Shown here piece after piece: positions 53,774-64,000 of a stretch of DNA of 64,000 nucleotides (positions are counted from its first letter, which is position 1; the number at the start of each line of letters is the position of its first letter). The translations under genes were made by a program, and so were the position numbers. Location: contig OZ024740.1 in the NCBI GenBank assembly GCA_964016885.1, positions 116,002,001-116,066,000 on the forward strand, in the 5' to 3' direction. The DNA is from Eledone cirrhosa. Its lineage: Eukaryota. Below the pieces are notes generated by a model, which saw only the letters and a list, made by a program, of their open reading frames with translations, made no database searches and was not told the DNA's origin.

Positions 53774-54969
53774 TACTCTCAGTAAATAATGATGGTAATT
53801 ATTAATAAAGGGTGGATGCGGTATGGTTGAATGATTAATGAGATTGCTTCGCAATCACTAGGACCCGGGTTCGATCCCACTGGGTGATATCTTGGGAAAA
53901 TCTCATTTACCTTGGATCAAAGCATACCTTGTGAGTGAAATTGAGTAGCCTTGTCACACACTGTACCACTGAATCTCCATGAGAACTACGCTAAAGATGC
54001 CTATGTGTGTGGAATGCTTTGCCACTTGTTCGTTCCACGAGCAGGTTATTCCGTTGTTCGAACAACTGAAATACGCGTCGTCGGAACTGACGAAGATCCA
54101 GCAACAATATAGGACTACATTCTCCTATCCATCCTTTATTTTTTAAGACACTACGCTGTGATTCCAACTAGATTTAACTGCCACTCCCAGAATGTTGACT
54201 AATTCATGCATAGACCTTGGTACTTACTAATGATAATTAGTAACAAAAATACTTTGATTATATTCTTAATAAACTAGCCATAAGTGAGTGAGTTGTGTAT
54301 GTGTGTGTGGGGGGGGGGGGGGGTCTGTGTGGGTGAGTGTGTGCGTACGTGGGGGTCTGTATCTGTGTGGGTGTGTGTTGAAAATAAATACGTGTGAAGA
54401 TTCTTTATCTTCAGTGGGTTGGATGCAAAGGTTTTTCTTATTAGTTTGGTCTTGAGGAATAGGCAGTACCCTTGGTTTTCGCTATCCCATTGAGATTAGT
54501 GTTTTTGTTTTTTATTAGTTAGGTCTTCCTAAACAAGTGGGATTGGTGCTGTTAACGATCTTCTAGAGCAGTTACAAGTCAGTAACTGTAGGAAAAAACA
54601 GGGAAGGAATTCTAGCTGACCGACATTCTCGGTAGAAATGACTGTTTAGTGGTTAGTTTGATGACGAAGGAGAGAACATAAGGGAATGGAGTGTCCTCGG
54701 GTGGAGATTATATAAGACCAACCAACAGGGAGAAACACAGGTCACTGTAGTAGCCTTAGGAAATAAGAAGATAGAAAGATGAGAAAGCGAGTCTGGGCAG
54801 GATGTTAGTGTGTCTTTGTGATTGACTTCCTGTTAATCGGTGGCTTTTATTTGAATGAAATCTATGATGTCTTGGATGAGTAGCAGCAGCAGCACTATCT
54901 CACATCCGGGAGTAATGCTCCATTGTAAGTTTTTACCTGAGTTTTATATAAGGTTAATAGGTGTTAGTG

Positions 54970-55260
54970 GGGGCGCGTGACCTCGTGGTAAGGGTGTTGG
55001 ACTTACTATCATAATGTAGTGGGTTCGATTCCTGGTCTGGGTTGCGTGTTGTTCTTGAGAAAAACACTTCATTTCATGTTGCTCCAGTATACTAAGCTGA
55101 AAATGGATACCAGCAATAGATGGAGGGTTAACCCTGCGATGGACTGGCGTCCTGTCCAGGGGGAAGTCTTGTACTCTCAGTCGATTCACGCCATGAAACC
55201 GGGATAAGCACCGGCCTAACGAGCCTTAAATGGCTTAAGACAGACTTTAGACTTTAGACA
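54970..55260 (+). mobile_element. tRNA-derived SINE of a second family (V/CORE-like domain)
   Basis: A box TGACCTCGTGG, B box GGGTTCGATTCC, GTGTTGTTCTTGAGAAAAACACTT, CCCTGCGATGGACTGGCGTCCTGTCCAGGGG, tail (ACTTTAG)n. Related degenerate heads at about 8510, 51845, 53170, 53815 and 57480-57778 (minus). Confidence 0.75.
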
Positions 55261-56253
55261 TAACAGTTGTTAGATGAACTATTTTCCGGCTTCAGGGAGA
55301 AAGAACAGTCTGTCAAATGCAGTGTTTGCTATGTTGATGATGTACGTTTTTTAGGAAAGATCTCCTGCGAAGCGATCGCGAAGATGCTATTTGTGTGGTT
55401 TCATGCTTATAAATTAGGGGGCGCCAGATACTGCATTGTTTTCTAGATATGTACGACATTACAACATTAAAAAATAAATAAATAAAATTAACAATTTTCA
55501 GGAAATATTCCTGCATATTTCACAATTATTTTTTGCTTTTGATATCTCATTACATGTATTTTCACTTGTGTTGTTAGATATGATTGCATGTACATTTAAT
55601 CGAGCTTAATAACAGCAGTATCGTCAATAGGTTTGTTTTGTTGTTATGTAATTCCAATTAAAATAGATAAACAGAAATGTAGCTTGATATCCTAAACATC
55701 GTTACCTTTGAAACATCCTGTGTTACTAGAGGCGTTTATTAATCTCTTCAAAAGTGTAATTAAAACGTCTTTCTACCTTTGTATAAAATTCTAAAGGAAA
55801 TTAAGGACATTATATGCTATATGAAAATGATTATATAGTAAGGAAAGTTTCAGTTTAATGTCAGTCTTCATTATGGCATATTTTCTGTCAAGTATTTTTG
55901 TGGGAAAACATTTATAAAATAGCTACTTTCTTGTAACAATAGTTGAAGGTATTAATATGTGGAAGAGGCGTTGACAGGACAGGTGAGAGGTGATGCTGGT
56001 GGTGGTGGTGGTGGTGTATGGGAGGGTGATGGTGGTGAGAATGGTGATGGTGGTGATAGTGGTGAGGGTACTGGTGTTTTTTGGTGTTTTTGCCGGTGGT
56101 AGAGGCGGCGACAGTTTTGTTATTGTTGGAAATGGCGATGACAGGTGTGGTGGGGATGGTAGTTGTCTTGCAAGGTAGTGGAGGTGGTGCACAGTAAAGA
56201 GAAGGAAAAGAACATATAGCATGCAATTAAATGTAGAAGTTAGAGTAAAGTTG

Positions 56254-56284
<31 letters not shown>

Positions 56285-56289
56285 GATAA

Positions 56290-56371
<82 letters not shown>

Positions 56372-56455
56372 GATAAACACATATATATATATATATATAT
56401 GCACACAATTATACTTATATACATATGAATATTAAAGGTAGAAGCTGGAGTAACG

Positions 56456-56512
<57 letters not shown>

Positions 56513-57014
56513 ATATGCTTATGTGCATATGAACATATTCATATGAATACACATATGTAGGTATGCATACACATCCACACACATACATTTACACACACAC
56601 ATTCACACGTGCACATACACACGCGCACATACACGCACACACACAGGTACACGTACATACGCACACACATACAACAGCTTATATAACATACTTGTTTTAC
56701 CGGTTCAATAAAATATTATGAATACTAAGCCGCAATGTAGCCGAGATCGCTAGAGGCCATTACCTCCCTTTCCTCCGTGTTTACATTTGCAGTAATGTCA
56801 CCGGTTTAATGCTATTATATATGACTTAAAATCTTGAAAAATTTCTCAAGAATTTTTCGGCTGTTTCTAATCCTGACACGGAATATATAACAATTAAATC
56901 ACGTGATGATATTTAATGAAATCTAATTAATGAAACAATCAACCGTTTGAAACACGTGATTACATTTCTGTGGAAAATTTAATCGATGATGATTTATTAT
57001 TTCTAAGTTACTGA

Positions 57015-57452
57015 GGGCGGTGGATTGGCAGTATCGGTAGAGAGTCGGACACCATGCTATGAAGCATAAAGTTACGGCCCTTTACGGTCTGTATTCAAAT
57101 CCCGCCAAGGTTAACTTTGCCTTTCATCCTTATGAGATCGATAAAATAAAGCACAAGCAATGTACTGGGGTCTATTTAATCGACTATCACCTCCCCTTCA
57201 AATTGCTGGCCTTGTAGAAACCATTATTACTAAGTTACTGAGGGCGATCGATTGGCAGAATCGTTAGAGTATCAGACAAAATGCTTTGTGGTATTTATTA
57301 TCATCTTTTTCGTCCGGCGTTCAAATCCCACCGAGTTAGCTTCGCCTTTCATTCTTACGGGATCGATAAAAAAGTACCAGTAATGCACTGGAGTCGGTTC
57401 AATCGACTCCTCCCCCCAAATTATTGGCCTTGTGCCTAAATCAGAAACCATT
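57015..57452 (+). mobile_element. Tandem pair of tRNA-derived SINEs (Nin/Deu-like family)
   Basis: Two consecutive copies, each preceded by TAAGTTACTGAGGGCG, with TTCAAATCC B boxes and GCCTTTCAT.CTTA.G.GATCGATAAAA bodies. Confidence 0.8.
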
Positions 57453-58573
57453 AATAAGTTACTGCTAAGACATAGTTTGTTTGTGTTGTGTTGGATCTCC
57501 GTCGGTTCCGACGACGATGAGAGTCCTTCTTCTTTGATCAACAGAACAGCCTGCTTAGAAAATGAACTTGCAAGTAGTTGAACATTCCATAGACACGTGT
57601 ACTTTTAACTCGTTTCTGAGAAACAAGTTAATGCCAAGGCTGTCCTTTTGAATTCAAAGTACAATCCATATTTTCCCATTTGTGTGGACTAAAGCAACGT
57701 GAAATAAAAATTCTTGCTTAAAAACACAACGCAACACCGAGAATCGAACACCCTACGCCATAAACCACGCACCTTCACCAATTTCCGTTAAGTACAATTC
57801 TTATTCTATTCGTTGTAAGAGTATACTTCAATATACGTTCAGTGTTTTACACGCAAGTAGTATTTTGACTGAGAATCGTAGCATGTCGAGATAGCTATGT
57901 AGAGGATACTATTTAACTTGAATTCATTCAAATCCCGGATTTGGGTTGACCAGGTTAAACCACGTTCAACGCCTCATTATGTATATAAAATCTCGAGTGA
58001 TTTCTAACTGAAAGATCAAAATCACAGCAAAGGTCGTAGATTAAGTCAACTAAAGAAATGTAGTTAATATGTACAAAGCAAAGTCTTTCATTGAAATACA
58101 ATTGAAATACTTGGTGTGTTTCTTAAGTTGATGTAATGTTTGTAAAGTTATATGAGATAGGAGTTTGTATGGTTCAGTAAAGCAAAGGGTTATATGACCT
58201 TCACAGTGCATCCTAGACGAATTATTCTTTTTTGTTTTGTTATCCTTCCGTTTACACCCTTGTGGGTATGGGGGGGGGGGCGAAGAGACACGATTCTGTG
58301 ACAAGTCTGAAGGCCTGTCCTGGCGTATTGACATGTGTAATAGGTTTTCCGTAATGTCATCAAGCCACCTTTTCCTAGTTCAGCCATAATCCCGTGGCCG
58401 GACATCATTGGGTTATGCATATGGTAGGCTGGCTGGATTGCTGGTAGGTCAGTAGGTTGGCATCTAGTGACGTGTTCGAACTATGATATTGTTTGTTGTT
58501 GTATGTAATGATGGACGAATGATAATCAATGATATTTTATTTAAATAACTGTAAGCTGACGTCTGCTGAAAAT

Positions 58574-58759
<186 letters not shown>

Positions 58760-58775
58760 ATTTCTCCGGAATATA

Positions 58776-58813
<38 letters not shown>

Positions 58814-59114
58814 TTGTGTTTTAACAAAATCATAAGCGACAATAACATTACAAATGGAAACTTAGAAACTTAGACATGAAATAACTTTTGAAAAGGTGTT
58901 TAAATGAAACCGGTGAAGGGCAAAAAGTATTCTTCTTTTCGATGTTATAACATTTTTTTGTTTACTCCAAGCCTGTATATATACTTAATAAAAACACATT
59001 AGGGGCTTTTTTCAAACTTTATTATTATTTTATTATTTAACGGGACCTTCTGAAACTGAAACCGTTAAGGGTGAAAGCAGTGATTCTTTGCTTAAACTTT
59101 AATCTGTTATTTTA

Positions 59115-59196
<82 letters not shown>

Positions 59197-59204
59197 ACAC
59201 AAAG

Positions 59205-59394
59205 CAGGCTTTGTTTAGAAACGGGTAGCGAATTTGAAAAATAGGTAGTAGCATGTGCTTACGCCGTATTTGACACGAACCTGGTTCCATGAACGTCAGT
59301 AATCATCCTTTTTTTCCATTCAGAGGGTATTTTTTAATCCCAACTAATAGACTAATTCTATTTAGTCAAACACGGCGTCAGCACATGTTACTAC

Positions 59395-59400
<6 letters not shown>
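59205..59400. repeat. Small inverted-repeat element ending at (TA)n (fold-back family F)
   Basis: TAGGTAGTAGCATGTGCTTACGCCGTATTTGAC (about 59240-59273) is mirrored by GTCAAACACGGCGTCAGCACATGTTACTACCTA (about 59364-59397). Confidence 0.65.
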
Positions 59401-59467
<67 letters not shown>

Positions 59468-59473
<6 letters not shown>

Positions 59474-60252
59474 AGTTTAGTGAATTCAGATTTACCAGGT
59501 ATAGGAATGTCTTTAAAACAAACTTAAACCCTAACTAATTCCTCTAAATTCATAACTCATTCATTCTTCTCCTTCTTTTCACATTATATCCTTAATAACA
59601 TTAATATTTTTATTTTAATAATACATATTAATAAATTCTTTTCCTCGCACATATTATTAAACCCTTCAATATACAAACCTTAATTTAATACTATTCTTAA
59701 TTCCTTTTTCTTCATGCATGCATAAACCTCATTAACTTTTAATTTCAAAATCTTTTAAATTATCTATTATCTTCCAACGGCTTTTTAATTTCTCCCTGAG
59801 ACAATATATATTCTTTTCTCAGTTGTAAAGGCTATCTCTCTCTCTCTCTATCACCCATCTCTCCTCCTCTCTCATCCTTCCTTCTTATACTCCCCCCCAC
59901 CATCCTTTACTCTCATTTCTTCCTCTTCCCTACCTTTTTCACCCCCCCCCTCACTTTTTACCAATCTCATACATCAATCTTAATTTATTTTTCATATGTT
60001 GATTTAAAACTTCACTATTCACAAGTGTTTTTTAAGCTTCATATCATGTCTCCCTATTTTATCTGATGAGAACGCATATATCATCCCATGATGATATTTG
60101 TTTTTGAAATGCGCATAATAAAATACTTGGAACTCTTTTAACCATCTTTTGATCTTATATTATTTATACTCCAATCCTACAAACTGTAGAGTGCTACTTA
60201 TCCGATATTTGCATTGCTTTATTGTGCTACAATAAAACTCACCTCCTACATT
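59468..60252 (+). mobile_element. 3' portion of a Penelope-like element (pyrimidine-rich UTR + minimal hammerhead)
   Basis: TTAT-CTGATGA(60063)-GAAC...ATATCAT/ATGATAT...GTTTT-GAA-ATGCGCAT-A-ATAA; (TA)n on both flanks. Confidence 0.6.
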
Positions 60253-60285
60253 ATATATATATACACACACACACATATATATACA

Positions 60286-60378
<93 letters not shown>

Positions 60379-60526
60379 ACGAGGAAAATGTGGTAAGGAA
60401 CCAGGTGGACCATAACTCGATACTTAGGGTAGTAGAGTGGGAAAGAACGTATCTCTAGCGGTCAACTGATGAGATTCCTGTCTGTATTCGTTCATTTTCT
60501 TGTCTTCGCCCATATTTTTTATTCAT

Positions 60527-60587
<61 letters not shown>

Positions 60588-61070
60588 TACAATAATACAA
60601 TATGCTTTCTAACGACGGCCGTGAAAACGTTTATGTAAGTCGTACACGCAGTTCTGTTTCATGTTCTGCGAACATTTATGTATATATATGACAGTCGCTA
60701 GAGGAGTGAGGTGGGTTTAAGTTGATATCCCCTTACATAACCAGATCTTGGTTTAGCTAAATTCCAGGGATTCACTTTTTATGGAAGGGTAGGCAATGTA
60801 AAATGGTGTCGTGTTTGTAGTTTAAATATTAGTTTGCATGCTAGATCATCTTATGAGAACAACATTCATGCATTCATGCGTGATACGTCTTACTTTTATC
60901 ACAAAATCATTTTTTTCTCTAATTTTCAACATGCAATATATACTTGCAAAATGGAGTTTAATTGTACTACCGTAGTATATATATTCTCATCATGTGTATA
61001 CACATATGTTCAACGTGTAGTATAGTTGTGTATATATGTTCAGCATATATAATATATATATATGTGTATG

Positions 61071-61151
<81 letters not shown>

Positions 61152-61565
61152 ATTTCGTCTGTATGTTATGTTGTGAGAAGTAGACTTTCTCATGCGCGTC
61201 ATCACATTATCTTAGTGGGCAGTTTGAGGGTTTAAAGTCAAGAGTATATACGGGAGAGGGTGGTGCACGGCGTATTGCGTATTTGGGTCATAGTCGCTGC
61301 AGATGATAATAGCTTTGATTTAATTATATAGAAACTACGTAATATAACAGCTGAAGCTTGATAACGTCTGTCTTCCTCGTTTGGTGGCTATTGTCGTCTG
61401 ATTGCATAAGCCGAGATTGGGAGAAGAGGAGTTTCACGTATGATTTGACTAATTTGTAGTGTGAGGACGGTTTGTTTAGCAGGAGCCAGGTGTACACGTT
61501 GACGTTTGGTTTAGGGCATTTGCTGAGCGTAAGTAGACTGGTTGGAGCAATAACGCTCTTATTTA

Positions 61566-61616
<51 letters not shown>

Positions 61617-61618
<2 letters not shown>

Positions 61619-61764
61619 CGAAGGAAATGTGCTAAAGAACAAGATGGACCATAACGCACCAAAGTACTCAATACTTAGGGTAGTAGAGTGGGTAATAGGA
61701 ACAAGTATGACAAGTATGACCGTCGAAACGGCTTGATCTCTGCCGTCGGGGTCATACTTGTTCC

Positions 61765-61767
<3 letters not shown>
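61617..61767. mobile_element. Penelope family A mini-insertion (tail-only remnant at 60378-60442; related piece at about 62179-62235)
   Basis: Inverted tail with GTACTCAATAC, a strand switch at a duplicated ACAAGTATGAC, and a sense end TTCCTAT|(TA)n. Confidence 0.85.
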
Positions 61768-61817
<50 letters not shown>

Positions 61818-61834
61818 CATATAAACATGTATGT

Positions 61835-62007
61835 GAGTCCCGGGTTCAATCGGGGGTAACCACAGTAAGCAAGGTACTCAATACATTTAATATAGAAAGG
61901 GCTTCTACAGGACTAGGACTGTTTCATACGAAGGAAATCTCCAGGAAAGCCCTGATGATTTCCTTTGAATAAAACAGTTCTAGTCCTGTAGAAGCCATTT
62001 CTATAAT
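61835..62007. mobile_element. Penelope-type fold-back insertion (family B)
   Basis: Same tail and same CAGGAAAGCCCTGATGA hairpin junction as the 30651 copy. Confidence 0.82.
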
Positions 62008-62128
62008 AATTATATATATATATGCGTGTTTTATATGTTTCCAACATTTAGTATAATGGTGTAATAAATAGGCGAAACTCCAGAGTTACAAAACTCACTA
62101 TTTAGTTTTAATATAATCCTTATTCAAA

Positions 62129-62181
<53 letters not shown>

Positions 62182-62296
62182 AAAAGCGTCAGGACCCAGA
62201 CGGCTGAGCTCCGGCCTTTTCGACAGCTAGATCCGAAGAACATATATATATATAACAGCTAGATCTGAACATATATATATATAACAGCTAGATCTG

Positions 62297-62357
<61 letters not shown>

Positions 62358-62794
62358 AGAGTCTAAATTGGCATCTTATATATATATATAATTATTCAAA
62401 TTCAATTAAATTGATTGTTCAACAAGAATCAAAGACCGCTTACAGTAGTGTTTCCTCAAGGTGCGAATTATTCCAATTGATAGTTCCTGTGGTAGTTATA
62501 TAAATATATATCTAAGCAGATGCGAAGTAATTTTGATTAAAATAATGAAATAATCAAAATTTAGCGGTCCAAGACTTATATGTAATACATATGATGAAAC
62601 ACGTGTAAATGTTACTCAATGAAAGCTATTCCCACACATCTGGATTATGGTCTTTTTGATATTTTTGTAATTCTCTCTCTCTCTCTTCACTCTCTCTCTC
62701 TCCCTCTCTCTCACTCTCTCTCTCTTCTCTCTCCTTCTCTCCCACTCTCTGTCTCTCTCTCACCCCCCCCACACTCTCTCTTTCTCTCTCTCTA

Positions 62795-63430
62795 GATTAA
62801 AACGAAGTATCTGGTAGAGAGCATTAAGAAACCAGAGAAGAGTATGGATGTAGTCGGGAAACCACTAGGGCTGGTTGGAGACTTCCTCTATCTGGGAACA
62901 AAGATTGGGAGCACAGAGGATGATGTGGTTGAGAGGAAGAACAAAGCCTGGGCGGCGTGTCACAATTTGAGATCGGTGTGAAAGTCGGACCTTCGTAGAG
63001 TCCTTAAGATCAGCTCTTCGTTGCTACAGTGGAGTCTGTGCTACTGTACGGTCCTGAGACTTGGACACTGACCAGGAAACTCACTCAGATGGTGGATGGG
63101 TGCTACACGAGATGGCTCTGAACATTAATCAGTATACACTGAGGATGAAGAACTGATCCTCAGAAGAGCTGTACAGGAGCCTCCCAAACGTCAGCTCGAA
63201 AGTAGAACAGAGGAGACTGAGGTTAGCTGGACATGTTCCCCAACTTCCAGAGTTGACACTGCACTCAATGCTTTTGTGGGAGCCCCTGCACGGACACACT
63301 AGAAGAGGGAGACCGAGGTTGACATATGTTGATGCCCTAAGGACAGACACTTGAATCTTGGTGACGCAGGACATGGCAGCGATGATGAGGGATAGAGAAC
63401 GCTGGAGATAACTCGTCCATCATGGATGTC
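62795..63430 (+). pseudogene. Decayed RTE/RTE-X-like LINE 3' fragment (RT C-terminus)
   Basis: VGDFLYLGTKI, RKNKAWAAC, ATVESVLLYGPETWTLT, DGCYTR, RRLRLAGH and RRGRPRLTYVD, with stops and frameshifts. Confidence 0.78.
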
Positions 63431-63768
63431 GGGAATTTTACCGTCTCACCCACGCTTATAAATTTTTCAGATCTTTTCCAACCTGACCGCTTAGTAAATT
63501 TTGCTGATCTATCTCCGTCGAAATTTTATTGTAAGTGATTCATATTGAAATAGCAGCTGGAGAATCTAATAATCATTTTATTTTACATTATAAAAACATT
63601 ATATATGACAAAAAAAAGAGCATTACAGGAAATCCCATATTTACGAACGTACACTATACAATTACCGATTTCCAAATTCCCCGTTTATTCCAGCCTCCAC
63701 GTATAAGAATTTGAAGCAAATGTCCAACACCCCCGCTTATTCCCTCCCCTATTATTTGGGCCCCGAGC

Positions 63769-63814
<46 letters not shown>

Positions 63815-64000
63815 ACAAGTAAATGTGTATATATATATATATTTATTATTTAAAGTAAAGATATGTACAGGGAGGTGAGAATTTCAGTTCGGAACCAGGA
63901 TTAACCTAGATAGCAGAATTATTGTTAATGTATCTCGTGTTCACTTCCTCTTTATCTTCCTCTTCGTCTTCCTCCCTATCTGGCATGTCATTTATGTACA

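Noticed and set aside
55912-56226. His/Thr-rich ORFs
   Set aside because: They derive from a degenerate (GGT)n low-complexity tract.

Overview
AT-rich, microsatellite-saturated eukaryotic (metazoan) non-genic DNA. The SINE repertoire and repeat content suggest a mollusc, probably an octopus-like cephalopod (inference). I can support no host protein-coding gene. The window holds one tRNA-Asp(GUC) gene and is otherwise a mosaic of retroelements partitioned by microsatellite type: (i) four head-to-tail, 5'-truncated Tx1-clade LINEs in a (TATC)n tract (14.0-20.9 kb); (ii) two R4/Dong-like restriction-endonuclease LINEs in (TACA)n (2.1-4.9 kb); (iii) Penelope-like elements (a Neptune-type and a Naiad-type RT+GIY-YIG copy) plus many small non-coding 'tail + fold-back' insertions in (TA)n, several carrying readable type I hammerhead ribozymes and a shared TTGAGTAC tail motif; (iv) TA-flanked terminally redundant 1.2-1.5-mer units, one containing a tRNA-like cloverleaf. 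Also present are decayed RTE LINEs, a mariner relic, two Helitron-like non-autonomous elements, two tRNA-derived SINE families and a possible decayed LRR-coding repeat. All calls come from manual reading, so element boundaries are approximate.
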